Source of the DNA: a virus
Direction: 5' to 3' (one strand)
Length of the DNA: 64,000 nt
IMG/VR virus record: IMGVR_UViG_3300031521_000043
Location: 9,490-73,489 of that record
Shown: in pieces, positions 41,781-50,568 of the stretch
How the letters are laid out: every line of letters begins with the position of its first letter
Position numbering within the stretch: the first letter of the stretch is position 1
Made by a program: the position numbers and the translations under genes
The notes under the pieces: model-generated
What the model was told of the DNA's origin: nothing
Seen by the model: only the letters and a program-made list of their open reading frames with translations
The model's database searches: none

Positions 41781-42806
41781 TTAGTAATATCCTATTATAT
41801 CTATAGTCGTTGTTCTGGAAGAACCTACGGATGTTAGAAAAAATGACGCAGACCCATTTAAGTCAATTGTTACCGGATACATTCCTTGACCAGAACAATC
41901 CGTTCCAGAATCATCATTTCGTATAGCTCCCAGCCTATATGCTCCAGAACTACTCGTTACATATGATTGATATGCGGTTGAATTAAATCCAGAGGTAATC
42001 CAATATTGCAATATAACTACTTTAGTAAATAATGGTATAGATACAACGGAACATGTTATAAATTTTCCTGCTGGAGACACAGGCAATGTAGTTGAGTTTA
42101 CTAAATTTATTGGTGTTATGAATTTTGGCCCAAGGTTTTGACTTACAAAACTAGCAGTTTCAGATAAAACACTATAATTTGATGAGTTTGCTGTATTAGA
42201 ATTATTTGCTTGATATGCGTATGATGATGTCAATGTCATCGACGATGATACGGAGTATGATGCCGATATAGAGTATGATGCGGCGTTTGCGTTTGAAGAG
42301 GTTATTGCATATGACGCCGTTCCATTGGACGTTCCGTTATAAATTAAATTACTAGAAGACGTGGAAGTGTCAGATAATAATGACCGTAAGGCGTATGACG
42401 CCGTTCCGTTTGGAAATCCAGAATATATTAAATATGAAGCCGTATCAGCGTTACTTGTAGACGTTACACAAAAATTTGAATATGATGCTGAGTTTGAAAG
42501 TAACGCATACGAACTAGAAGTTGCTGTGTTAGCGTATGAGCTTGAGATTGATGTTGTTGATAATGATGATGTTAATGCTGCTGTTACTGTTCCGTGTACA
42601 TTGTTACCATTGACATAAGAAGCCGTATCAGCCGTCGTCGCATGATAAGCGGAAAAACTTCCACTTCCTTCTATAAATAAAAGTAATTGACCAATTTCCA
42701 ACTTCTTTGACTCCCGTTGACTCATATCAGTCACAAGGAGTAAGTCGTTCGACTGTAAATCAGTTGCAAAAAGGTCGATTAGTTGCGATACTCGTTCATT
42801 AGCCAT
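41781..42806 (-). CDS. Tail fibre-like protein with Ser/Ala repeats
   Basis: N-terminus paralogous to 39774-41777; NGTASYA repeats. Confidence 0.75.
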   Translation of the reverse strand: MANERVSQLIDLFATDLQSNDLLLVTDMSQRESKKLEIGQLLLFIEGSGSFSAYHATTADTASYVNGNNVHGTVTAALTSSLSTTSISSSYANTATSSSYALLSNSASYSNFCVTSTSNADTASYLIYSGFPNGTASYALRSLLSDTSTSSSNLIYNGTSNGTASYAITSSNANAASYSISASYSVSSSMTLTSSYAYQANNSNTANSSNYSVLSETASFVSQNLGPKFITPINLVNSTTLPVSPAGKFITCSVVSIPLFTKVVILQYWITSGFNSTAYQSYVTSSSGAYRLGAIRNDDSGTDCSGQGMYPVTIDLNGSASFFLTSVGSSRTTTIDIIGYY

Positions 42807-42832
42807 AAATTGTATAACCTATAAATAGACGG

Positions 42833-43564
42833 TTATATGCTTTTCTTGACTTTTTTAATGATGAACTTAACTAAAGCGCTACGTACAATGTCATCTTCCG
42901 TGAATTTAAACACATGAATACCTTGCGCCCTCGATTCGTCGTCATCAAAATGAGATATCATTTTAACAAATCCACTTTTTCCATTGATATCCGATTGGTC
43001 TGGGTCACCTAAAACAAATACTTTGCTAAATTCACCGGTTCTAGTAATCAGAGTAAATAATTCTTTAACGGTCATGTTTTGAGATTCATCTGAAATAATT
43101 ACTTTAGCATTCCAGTTTAATCCTCTTAAGAATCCAACCGGAACAGACGAAATACGTTCTTCTTTTTTAAGATATTCAACGTCAGTAGATGGAAGTAATT
43201 CCATTAATTTATCTACCAATGGAGCCAAATATGGAGCCATTTTATCATCTGCTTCACCTGGTAAAAATCCAAGTTTGGCATCGGATGATTCTACAGCAGA
43301 ACGAATATAAATGATATCGCTCATTCGTCTTTCATTTAATAGTTGAAGAGCAGAATAAACTGCCATGTAAGTTTTTGATGTTCCTGCTGGCCCTGTTACA
43401 AATATAATTTTTGTATTTTTATCCATAGCAACTTCTAAAAATTGCTTTTGTTTATCATTCAATTCTCTTTTACGAATTGACAATTTGATTTTGATTTTAT
43501 CACGTTGTGGAATACTAGGGCTATTGTCCTGAACTTTAGTTTGGTCGATGCGTTTTGTTTTCAT
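42833..43564 (-). CDS. phoH: PhoH-family ATPase
   Basis: 'GPAGTSKT', 'LGFLPG', 'FLRG', 'DESQN', 'TRTG', 'GDPDQSD', 'DIVRS'. Confidence 0.95.
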   Translation of the reverse strand: MKTKRIDQTKVQDNSPSIPQRDKIKIKLSIRKRELNDKQKQFLEVAMDKNTKIIFVTGPAGTSKTYMAVYSALQLLNERRMSDIIYIRSAVESSDAKLGFLPGEADDKMAPYLAPLVDKLMELLPSTDVEYLKKEERISSVPVGFLRGLNWNAKVIISDESQNMTVKELFTLITRTGEFSKVFVLGDPDQSDINGKSGFVKMISHFDDDESRAQGIHVFKFTEDDIVRSALVKFIIKKVKKSI

Positions 43565-43895
43565 CAGTAGGTTTAACGGACGTTTCCTTTATTGTTTTTT
43601 GTAACCTAACTACTCTTGGGCAATTTTCATATTCTTCATTTCTCATATAGTAAGAATATATGTTGTCAAGATTAGTTAAATAATCTTTTTCTGATAATGT
43701 GATTACAAAATCAGAATTCTTGAATTGAAATACTTCAATGAGGGGGAGTTTATGTTCAATAGCATATTCAATTATGCCCACCACTTGTTCCATCATGTCA
43801 ACTTTGAATTTTTGAGAAAATGATTGTAAGTCCTTGTTCTCGGACGGAAGAACGTATATAGGCGGTATGTCAATGGTATTCTTTTTTTCTGCCAT
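43536..43895 (-). CDS. Hypothetical protein (UVR-like C-terminal 'EEYENC')
   Basis: ATG at 43895, preceded by TATTTATT. Confidence 0.65.
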   Translation of the reverse strand: MAEKKNTIDIPPIYVLPSENKDLQSFSQKFKVDMMEQVVGIIEYAIEHKLPLIEVFQFKNSDFVITLSEKDYLTNLDNIYSYYMRNEEYENCPRVVRLQKTIKETSVKPTDENKTHRPN

Positions 43896-43935
43896 AATCT
43901 TCAACGAATAAATATCAGGTAACAATTGCAAAAAG

Positions 43936-43969
43936 AAAAAACGTAGCAGATTTCTCTACTACGTTTTTT
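43936..43969 (-). terminator. Rho-independent terminator-like hairpin
   Basis: AAAAACGTAG...CTACGTTTTT inverted repeat with A/T tracts between genes. Confidence 0.6.
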
Positions 43970-43990
43970 ATTTATCTATATGCGAGTATT

Positions 43991-44308
43991 TTATTTTTTT
44001 AACTCATTAATGCGATTTTGTGCGATTTTTTGCCACTTCCGAACTGTTTTTGAACTAACGTTTTTATAATCTAACATTCCTTTTTTTAGAAGATTTTGAA
44101 CTTCATTTTCTGTCATGGCGTTTTCGATTAGATTTGATAGTCCTGGGTCTGGAACAGATTTGAGTGAACCTACATGAGTAGTACGAATGATTGGAGTGTC
44201 ACCATACTTCATAATTTCTCTTACCGCAGTTTTCTTCTCTTCAAAAGAACTGGAAGAGTTTGCTTGTGTCCGAATTTGTTGAATCTGAGTTTTATTCATA
44301 ATTACCAA
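43991..44308 (-). CDS. Hypothetical protein
   Basis: 105 aa ORF in operon. Confidence 0.65.
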   Translation of the reverse strand: MVIMNKTQIQQIRTQANSSSSFEEKKTAVREIMKYGDTPIIRTTHVGSLKSVPDPGLSNLIENAMTENEVQNLLKKGMLDYKNVSSKTVRKWQKIAQNRINELKK

Positions 44309-44589
44309 ATACGGTGTTTCTTTTTATCATACTGAACGATTTCAACTTTCGTTCCATCTGGCCATCGTTTTACAACTCTTTGCCAAAACGACTTTTCTGT
44401 GATTGCTCTTTCTTCGTCAGGGTTTTCATAGTCTTTATCTGAAACTCTCAATCCACCACGAACAACCACATATTTTATGGCTGCCTGACCTGGTGTCCAA
44501 GTTTCTTGTTCCACGTATTCGTTAATGGGAACTTCCAGATTAGGAACTGCGTCTGGTTGTGTCCGGTTTTTTGTCTTTTTATTTTCCAT
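44302..44589 (-). CDS. Hypothetical protein
   Basis: 95 aa ORF; TTGACT..CATAAT promoter-like sequence upstream. Confidence 0.7.
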   Translation of the reverse strand: MENKKTKNRTQPDAVPNLEVPINEYVEQETWTPGQAAIKYVVVRGGLRVSDKDYENPDEERAITEKSFWQRVVKRWPDGTKVEIVQYDKKKHRIW

Positions 44590-44816
44590 TACGGTTTTAT
44601 TATGTCATAGTTTAACTAAAAGTCAAATAGATTTTGGTATTTATAAAATGTATTTATAATCATATGTATAGATGTGGATTGACTCGGTTTGATAATATTA
44701 AATTTCACCTACGATGTTTGATTCGCATCCAAGGTTTGCTTTTACGCAAAAAAATACGACTTTCAGAATATTTCCGAAAGTCGAAATTTTTTATTGATGG
44801 TATTTTTAGAGCTATA

Positions 44817-45008
44817 TCATTCAAATTCCCATAATTCCCATTTAGTCATTCCGATGGTTCCGGCAATCATTCCTATTAAGAATCCAAGAACTGCTGCAAG
44901 AATGATAGAAATATTAAATAAGAATGATACCAATCCCCACATAGCAGAAACCACTATCATCGTAAATGACCATTTTAATATATTATTCCATTTCCAAATA
45001 GTTTTCAT
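44817..45008 (-). CDS. Small two-TM membrane protein
   Basis: MKTIWKW... hydrophobic; start overlaps the HD gene stop. Confidence 0.6.
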   Translation of the reverse strand: MKTIWKWNNILKWSFTMIVVSAMWGLVSFLFNISIILAAVLGFLIGMIAGTIGMTKWELWEFE

Positions 45009-45688
45009 AAATTTTCTTCTGTTTTTCTGAAGAACCACTTATCATATTCGCCACGACATGCGGCGTAATCTGCGCTGTGAATAATTCTTGGTAAGTTTGT
45101 TTTCAAATACAATTCTTGATTATATTGTTTGAGATATTTTTCAGTTCCTTCGTTAAATAATCCGTCTGCCAATTTAATACCCAGATATTCTTTCCAATCG
45201 TAGACAACTCCATATTTTTGTAGAAGATAAATTGCTCGGTCTGTGACTTCCATATAAGGAAGATTTGGATTCATTTTGTAGAATTCTCCCTTCTTATACT
45301 TCCAATCTTGGTCTTGTGGAGCATAGTATTCACCAAATTCAGGGTCACCTAATTTACCTAAATCGTGATGCATTGCAGCAAACACCATTTGTTCATCATT
45401 AAAATCTATTTTACATCCTGCAAGTTCAAAAAGTTTTTTAGAAGCGAATGACATTTTAATGACATTCATAATGTGTTGAAGATATCCGCCTGGATGGCAT
45501 AAATGATAATGTTCACACATTGCAGCGGGAGCAGTAGCAAGTGATAGTCCTAATGCTCCGTCATCATCAGAATACATTTTAAGTAGTTTTGTTTTTCGTT
45601 CTCCTTTGAAGGTACTTCCGACAAACGATAGAAATTCTTGATAATTTTCTTGAATCTCTCCATCAGTTAAATTTGGCTTTTCAATCAT
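45005..45688 (-). CDS. HD-domain phosphohydrolase
   Basis: 'H...GGYLQH', 'HHDLGK', 'HSAD'. Confidence 0.88.
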   Translation of the reverse strand: MIEKPNLTDGEIQENYQEFLSFVGSTFKGERKTKLLKMYSDDDGALGLSLATAPAAMCEHYHLCHPGGYLQHIMNVIKMSFASKKLFELAGCKIDFNDEQMVFAAMHHDLGKLGDPEFGEYYAPQDQDWKYKKGEFYKMNPNLPYMEVTDRAIYLLQKYGVVYDWKEYLGIKLADGLFNEGTEKYLKQYNQELYLKTNLPRIIHSADYAACRGEYDKWFFRKTEENL

Positions 45689-45907
45689 ATAACACGAATA
45701 TTAACAGAGAATTAAGAATAATCAATTTATTTTAAAAGAACAAGTTCTATCTCTTTTAAAATTTTACAACGATGTAATTTGGTTAATTTGTCTTCGTTTG
45801 GCCAAGGATGGTTGTAATCCATTTTTATTTTTTCTAATAATGTCCTTGTTTTTTTATTGAATAGTTTCATATCGAAGTTACTGAAGGAAGTCAAGAAGAA
45901 TATAAAA

Positions 45908-45998
45908 TGGCGGATGACAAGAGAATCGAACTCTCACCGGCTTTTGACCGGAACTGTTTTCGAGACAGCCGCAACAAACCAATATTTGCCTATCATCC
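45908..45998 (-). tRNA. tRNA-Ser(CGA)
   Basis: Cloverleaf, loop CT-CGA-AA, long variable arm, CCA. Confidence 0.9.
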
Positions 45999-46001
45999 AA
46001 A

Positions 46002-46169
46002 TTAACTTTTTAATCGTTTACGTCCATTACGACGGTGACATACAGAACACCTTTTCCAGGGACGAACGGCATCCATATCACAAATACAATAAAATAATTT
46101 TCGTCTAGGTGTTAAAACTTTATCACGATTAGTTTGAGGATAGTCATCATCATAATAACTTTGATTCAT
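46002..46169 (-). CDS. Small Cys-rich hypothetical protein (55 aa)
   Basis: MNQSYYDDDY...YCIC...CSVCHRR read from the sequence. Confidence 0.5.
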   Translation of the reverse strand: MNQSYYDDDYPQTNRDKVLTPRRKLFYCICDMDAVRPWKRCSVCHRRNGRKRLKS

Positions 46170-46170
46170 A

Positions 46171-46410
46171 TTAAAATCGTGAAAATCTCATTCGCTGATA
46201 ATGATATTCCCAACAACCATTACAATTTTGTTTTGGTGGTTTTAAACCATTAAAATCTGGATGTAACTTACAATGTAAGTTTTCAATTCTATGACTTAAA
46301 TCTAATGTTTCTATGTTAAATTGTTTACCATCTGGTAAAATAAAAGATACCGAACCTGTCTCTGGTTCCGTAATTTCTTTTACGAAAAATCTTTTTAACC
46401 AATTGAACAT
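46171..46410 (-). CDS. Small hypothetical protein (C..H...C..C)
   Basis: True start MFNWLK at 46410; upstream part of the ORF track call overlaps a tRNA. Confidence 0.55.
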   Translation of the reverse strand: MFNWLKRFFVKEITEPETGSVSFILPDGKQFNIETLDLSHRIENLHCKLHPDFNGLKPPKQNCNGCWEYHYQRMRFSRF

Positions 46411-46417
46411 AATAAAT

Positions 46418-46509
46418 TGGCGGTTGCGATAGGATTTGAACCTACGGGCCGCCTTTCGACGACCTCCTGATTTCCAATCAAGTGCGATAGACCACTCTGC
46501 CACACAACC
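46418..46509 (-). tRNA. tRNA-Ser(GGA)
   Basis: Loop TT-GGA-AA, long variable arm, CCA. Confidence 0.9.
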
Positions 46510-46686
46510 GAAGCAACGAATTTTATGAACCTTCAAGAATCTCGTCTTGATTACAAAGTCACGACTTGTGAATGTGACATCCTATCATGGTCTTCGGTGA
46601 AACTTAATCACCTACTTATTTTTCATGATTTTCTTGAGTATAAAATACGTCAAGATTAAAATTTAGGTATTCGTTGTTATGATATA

Positions 46687-46715
46687 AATATACCACACAT
46701 TAGTAAGAATGTCAA
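46687..46715 (-). promoter_or_regulatory. Sigma70-type promoter overlapping a TATTTATA motif
   Basis: TTGACA-17 nt-TATATT on minus strand. Confidence 0.7.
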
Positions 46716-46765
46716 AAAGAAAACGCTCATCGAAAATTATTTTTCAATGAGCGAATTTGTTAACT

Positions 46766-46839
46766 TGGCTGAATCGGATGGAATCGAACCATCACCAGAA
46801 CTTTCAGAGAGTCCTGCGCTACCACTACGCCACGATTCA
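46766..46839 (-). tRNA. tRNA-Gln(CTG)
   Basis: Loop CT-CTG-AA, CCA. Confidence 0.9.
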
Positions 46840-46845
46840 ATACAA

Positions 46846-46989
46846 TTAAAGCTTTACGCCGGCTTTTTCAGCAGCAGCTTTAACAGCGGTCAATTCTTTT
46901 TCGACAATTGCTTTGTTCTTACGACCAAAGAGTACGCCGAAAACGAAAGCGCCGACACCTACAACTGCCACAACTACGATAGTAATCAT
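46846..46989 (-). CDS. Small membrane protein (47 aa)
   Basis: MITIVVVAVVGVGAFVFGVLFGRKNKAIVEKELTAVKAAAEKAGVKL; AAGGA RBS; not in the ORF track. Confidence 0.75.
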   Translation of the reverse strand: MITIVVVAVVGVGAFVFGVLFGRKNKAIVEKELTAVKAAAEKAGVKL

Positions 46990-47083
46990 ATATTTTCCTT
47001 TTTTATTTCGTTAATTTTATTTCAACTAACCACTGTGGTCAGTATCTATAAATATATGACTGAGAATGTAAAAACACTAAAAT

Positions 47084-47157
47084 TGGTGGAGCCACTGAGA
47101 ATCGAACTCAGGCCTTTTCATTGCGAGTGAAACGTATTTCCACTTTACCATGACCCC
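47084..47157 (-). tRNA. tRNA-Ala(CGC)
   Basis: G3-U70, loop CT-CGC-AA, CCA. Confidence 0.9.
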
Positions 47158-47182
47158 AAAGTCTTCCAAAAAAGGAAGACAC

Positions 47183-47336
47183 TAGATACAGAATTTAAGG
47201 TTATCTCCTAAGCCCTTTTTACAACTTACTTCTGTTGAGCGTTTTTAACGTAGCCACTGCTACGACCTGTCATCGACAGGATTTATCCCTTACGGGTTGT
47301 TTTTTAGTATAATTTTTATTGCTGTGACCGTATCTA
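47183..47336 (-). ncRNA. ACAGCA cassette 1 (multi-hairpin payload)
   Basis: TAGATACGG-TC-ACAGCAA...CTGTATCTA closing stem around several hairpins. Confidence 0.6.
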
Positions 47337-47340
47337 AAAT

Positions 47341-47414
47341 TGGTGGAGCCACCGGGAATCGAACCCGAATCCTATCACTGCCAGCGATATGTCCTACCGT
47401 TGAACGATGACCCC
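47341..47414 (-). tRNA. tRNA-Ala(GGC)
   Basis: G3-U70, loop CT-GGC-AG, CCA. Confidence 0.92.
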
Positions 47415-47417
47415 CAT

Positions 47418-47685
47418 TAATAACGTAGCCGTAGCCGCGGTTCTGTTTTTATCTTTACATTTATCTCAGACTTCTTTCGAAGTAAGTCCCTTACGGGATG
47501 CCTCAACCCGGACTTTTACAACGGGAAACATTACCCTTTGTCCTGTTTGAGTTGCTCCTAATTTGTGGTGTTAACGGGCGTCTTGTTCTCCAGACTCTAC
47601 CCTCCCAATCATCTGTTTTGGAGCCGCGAACTTCCTCTAATAGTGTTTGTTAACAAGTATCAGCGTAAAGTCGCTTGCGTCATTA
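47418..47685 (-). ncRNA. rnpB: RNase P RNA (compact)
   Basis: GAGGAAGTTCGCGGCTCC (CR-I), GGAGCAA, AGATAAATG (CR-IV), ACAGAACCGCGGCTAC (CR-V); P1 TAATGACG/CGTTATTA. Confidence 0.88.
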
Positions 47686-47705
47686 AATCTCAAAGAACTG
47701 TAATA

Positions 47706-47733
47706 ACTATACTTCAAAATTCTCAAATGTCAA
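47706..47733 (-). promoter_or_regulatory. Sigma70-type promoter of the RNase P/tRNA block
   Basis: TTGACA-16 nt-TATAGT. Confidence 0.7.
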
Positions 47734-47739
47734 GCGTGA

Positions 47740-48126
47740 TTACTTTTCACCAAATCTTTGAACGGTTTTAATGCCTACAATACCTATCAAAATTTCTACT
47801 ATTTCTTGTGGTAAAGATGGAATCGTATAAACTCCATGACATATACCAACAATATATGCTAGTAACCAAATAATAAATACTCCACATCCCCACAATAACA
47901 TTAAAATACGAATAGATGAAACTCCGCCTGTATTATCTTGAATCATACTTGAAAATACGTTTACTTTATTATCATTTCCATTTATTACTGTTGTAGAAGA
48001 AATATTAGTTCCAGAATTTACGACGGGCATTTGAACTGTTTGTGTTGGTTGAGTTACAACATTACCATCGGAATTTGGCTGAACAAATCCAGCTTGTGTC
48101 ATCTCATCCTGTGAAATATTTATCAT
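47740..48126 (-). CDS. Two-TM membrane protein, holin-like
   Basis: 'SSIRILMLL' TM ... 'G..G.KTVQRFGEK' C-terminus; TATTTATA 3 nt upstream. Confidence 0.55.
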   Translation of the reverse strand: MINISQDEMTQAGFVQPNSDGNVVTQPTQTVQMPVVNSGTNISSTTVINGNDNKVNVFSSMIQDNTGGVSSIRILMLLWGCGVFIIWLLAYIVGICHGVYTIPSLPQEIVEILIGIVGIKTVQRFGEK

Positions 48127-48182
48127 ATTTATAAATATATAAAAAAACGTATCAATAATTTATCATTGATACGTCTTAAATT

Positions 48183-48259
48183 TGGTGGCGCCTATGAGAT
48201 TCGAACTCATACATTCTACTTTCTCAGAGTAGCGACTCCTACCGTTGGTCTAAAGCGCC
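48183..48259 (-). tRNA. tRNA-Leu(GAG), short variable loop
   Basis: Loop CT-GAG-AA, 5-nt variable region, CCA. Confidence 0.85.
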
Positions 48260-48263
48260 GAAA

Positions 48264-48341
48264 TGGTATGCGTGACAGGACTCGAACCTGTGATAAATCT
48301 CGGTGTAAACGAGACGCCGTTGCCGCTGGAGCCACACGCAC
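48264..48341 (-). tRNA. tRNA-Val(TAC)
   Basis: Loop TT-TAC-AC, CCA. Confidence 0.88.
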
Positions 48342-48350
48342 ATTAAAAAC

Positions 48351-48428
48351 TGGTCGGAATGGTGGGATTCGAACCCACGACCCCCTGCGCCCAAGGCAGG
48401 TGCGCTAGCCAAGCTGCGCTACATTCCG
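48351..48428 (-). tRNA. tRNA-Pro(TGG)
   Basis: C1-G72, loop CT-TGG-GC, CCA. Confidence 0.95.
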
Positions 48429-48437
48429 AAATAAAAT

Positions 48438-48529
48438 TGGCGGAGTAGAAGGGATTTGAACCCTCATTGCTTTTTAGGGCAAACAAGTTTAGCAAACTTG
48501 CGCTACCAGCCGTATTAGCCTCTAACTCC
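48438..48529 (-). tRNA. tRNA-Ser(GCT)
   Basis: Loop TT-GCT-AA, long variable arm, CCA. Confidence 0.85.
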
Positions 48530-48692
48530 ATTATAACATTGATATTTTATAGTGATTCAAGGTCTAACCACTGCCGAATTAGCAATTTTCGGTTTCCCTT
48601 TATAAGGGCAAATTGGCCGCTCTATTTTACCCTCACTCACAGTCGTAAATCGCTGTATAGAGTTAAAGGATTGATACGGAATTACGATAAAT

Positions 48693-48785
48693 TGGCGGTT
48701 GGAGAGGGATTCGAACCCCCGGCACGTTTTTAGGGTGCTATAGTTTTCAAGACTATCGCCATAAGCCGGACTCGGCCACCCAACC
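48693..48785 (-). tRNA. tRNA-Ser(TGA)
   Basis: Loop CT-TGA-AA, long variable arm, CCA. Confidence 0.92.
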
Positions 48786-48796
48786 GTATGTCAATA

Positions 48797-48824
48797 ACTA
48801 TATCATCAATTACAAAATAGTCAA
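48797..48824 (-). promoter_or_regulatory. Sigma70-type promoter of a tRNA block
   Basis: TTGACT-16 nt-TATAGTTATTGACA, near-identical to the element at 60341-60375. Confidence 0.75.
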
Positions 48825-48834
48825 TAATAAAATG

Positions 48835-48937
48835 TGAATAATTAGAAAAGGATTCGAACCTTCGGTCAATCCACTTAAGGATTCGACATGACGTTCAATC
48901 GCCAATACAATAAACCACTCTGACACCTAATCATTCG
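48835..48937 (-). pseudogene. Ser-like tRNA remnant or tRNA-like RNA without CCA
   Basis: D-loop AGAGTGGTTTA, GGTTCGAATCC T arm, 6-nt anticodon loop, extended acceptor helix. Confidence 0.55.
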
Positions 48938-48964
48938 TTTGTTTGTTAACAATCAAACATTTAT

Positions 48965-49207
48965 TCATATAGACAAATGTGTTTTAGACCATATTCTTAA
49001 TTTAATATACCATATTATCATGTTCAATTTAAATTTTGAATAATAACGTGGTATAAAATATCTAACTTCGTATTTTAAATAACTTTTTATCGTGATTGGA
49101 TAATAATAAGTTAATATATGTTTATAAAAATGATATCTTGATTTATGATGTTCTTTATGTTCATCATACCTTACTACAAACTGATTTTTAAAACATGTAT
49201 TAAACAT
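48965..49207 (-). CDS. Hypothetical protein
   Basis: 80 aa ORF, weak support. Confidence 0.35.
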   Translation of the reverse strand: MFNTCFKNQFVVRYDEHKEHHKSRYHFYKHILTYYYPITIKSYLKYEVRYFIPRYYSKFKLNMIIWYIKLRIWSKTHLSI

Positions 49208-49344
49208 AAATTATTTTAAGGTCTATTAACAATCAAATATTTGTTGATATTTTCCAATGGTCATATGAAAACACTTTATATGACCTGAAGGTGGTAATGT
49301 ATACTTACTATAAATCGACATACCAAGTTCTTCTCTAATTTTTT

Positions 49345-49524
49345 CTAATCTTTTCTTGATGTCAAAGGTCGATTCAATCTACCTTCAAGAGTTGGCCATT
49401 TTGGAGTCAATTTTACAACATTTTTTCCATGTCTCCCACATTCATAACATATTGCGTCGGGATACTTTTCTAATTCTTCTGGTGTCACGTTATCACACCA
49501 TTTACAATCGTCGTATTTTTCCAT
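49345..49524 (-). CDS. Small CxxC zinc-ribbon protein
   Basis: CKWC...CYEC; TTGACA promoter upstream; ATG at 49524. Confidence 0.55.
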   Translation of the reverse strand: MEKYDDCKWCDNVTPEELEKYPDAICYECGRHGKNVVKLTPKWPTLEGRLNRPLTSRKD

Positions 49525-49569
49525 GTCTGATATTATCACACTTTATAAATATGTCAAGCGTTCAAATTA

Positions 49570-49645
49570 TGGCGGGATGAAGGAGATTCGAACTCCCGGT
49601 CTGTTGCGGGACAGGCAACCGCTTTAGCCACTAAGCTACCATCCC
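49570..49645 (-). tRNA. tRNA-Asp(GTC)
   Basis: Loop CT-GTC-CC, G73, CCA. Confidence 0.9.
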
Positions 49646-50185
49646 AAAATTTACTTTATAGATTTCTCTAATGGCATCTTTACCATTTTCTTGTAATTCT
49701 CTAGTTCCGATGCCGGCAAAATTCTGTGTCAATTTTGGAACATAATCAATTACTTCAAATTCTTCTTTTTCATAATTGAATTTATTCCAATTATTATTTT
49801 CTTGGTCAAAAAAGAAGATTGGTTTTTTATTATCAATCCCCATTTGAACGGCCCAACCCGTTCCTCCTGATACAATTTTTCGATTAATAAATTTACCGAC
49901 GGCAAATATTGCATCCGAATTTTTAACCTGAAACCAATTCCTACAAATTAAATTTTTTACATAGGGCCAACGAACATTTGGATTTCTACCAATACCTTTT
50001 GAGGCAATTTTAACGGCTTCAAAACCTTCATCTAATTCTGGACGTTCAAGAATTTTTCTATTCTTACCTTGTTGAGTATGACCGTAAAAAGAATAAGCGA
50101 TGGTGGTTACTCCATAATTATTGGCTTCATTTTCCCAGAACATATCGGAGCCAGGGCATCCGCCGCTATGACAAGTGTAATTCAT
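49631..50185 (-). CDS. SLOG/YspA-like nucleotide-binding protein
   Basis: 'HSGGCPGSD', 'RNWFQV', 'SGGTGWAV', 'AGIGTR'; ATG at 50185. Confidence 0.7.
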   Translation of the reverse strand: MNYTCHSGGCPGSDMFWENEANNYGVTTIAYSFYGHTQQGKNRKILERPELDEGFEAVKIASKGIGRNPNVRWPYVKNLICRNWFQVKNSDAIFAVGKFINRKIVSGGTGWAVQMGIDNKKPIFFFDQENNNWNKFNYEKEEFEVIDYVPKLTQNFAGIGTRELQENGKDAIREIYKVNFGMVA

Positions 50186-50562
50186 AAATTTTTTAAGTTT
50201 CCTATGGTTAAGTGCCATGGAATTGGAATTCTTCTTGGTAATCCAAGTTCTTCACGAACATCTTCGATTCGTTCACATTTCACAGGCAACCAGAAATATT
50301 CTCCATCATTTTCTACTTCCTGACAATACTGAAAATCAATTTGGCTGTCTTGGTATTTATTCCAAAATTGTTTATGGTATTCGTCTATTATTTCATATTT
50401 TCCTGCAATAACAGAGATATGGGCACCATGCATAGGAGGATTCAAATTCATATGACGACAATGCATATTGAGTAAATGACTGTAATATTCACAGATATCA
50501 CTCTCAACATATATCATTAACCATGTTTTGTGGTAATGCAATTTTCCTTTGCAATGGAACAT
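50182..50562 (-). CDS. 2H phosphoesterase (LigT / T4 57B-like)
   Basis: Two H-x-[S/T] motifs 'AHISV' and 'WHLTIG' about 70 aa apart; ATG at 50562. Confidence 0.8.
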   Translation of the reverse strand: MFHCKGKLHYHKTWLMIYVESDICEYYSHLLNMHCRHMNLNPPMHGAHISVIAGKYEIIDEYHKQFWNKYQDSQIDFQYCQEVENDGEYFWLPVKCERIEDVREELGLPRRIPIPWHLTIGNLKNL

Positions 50563-50568
50563 AAAAAT

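Noticed and set aside
3657-42618. Plus-strand ORFs antisense to long minus-strand genes (e.g. 3657, 10247, 15741, 33052, 33937, 41224, 42361)
   Set aside because: Shadow frames of real genes, with no independent start signals or motifs.
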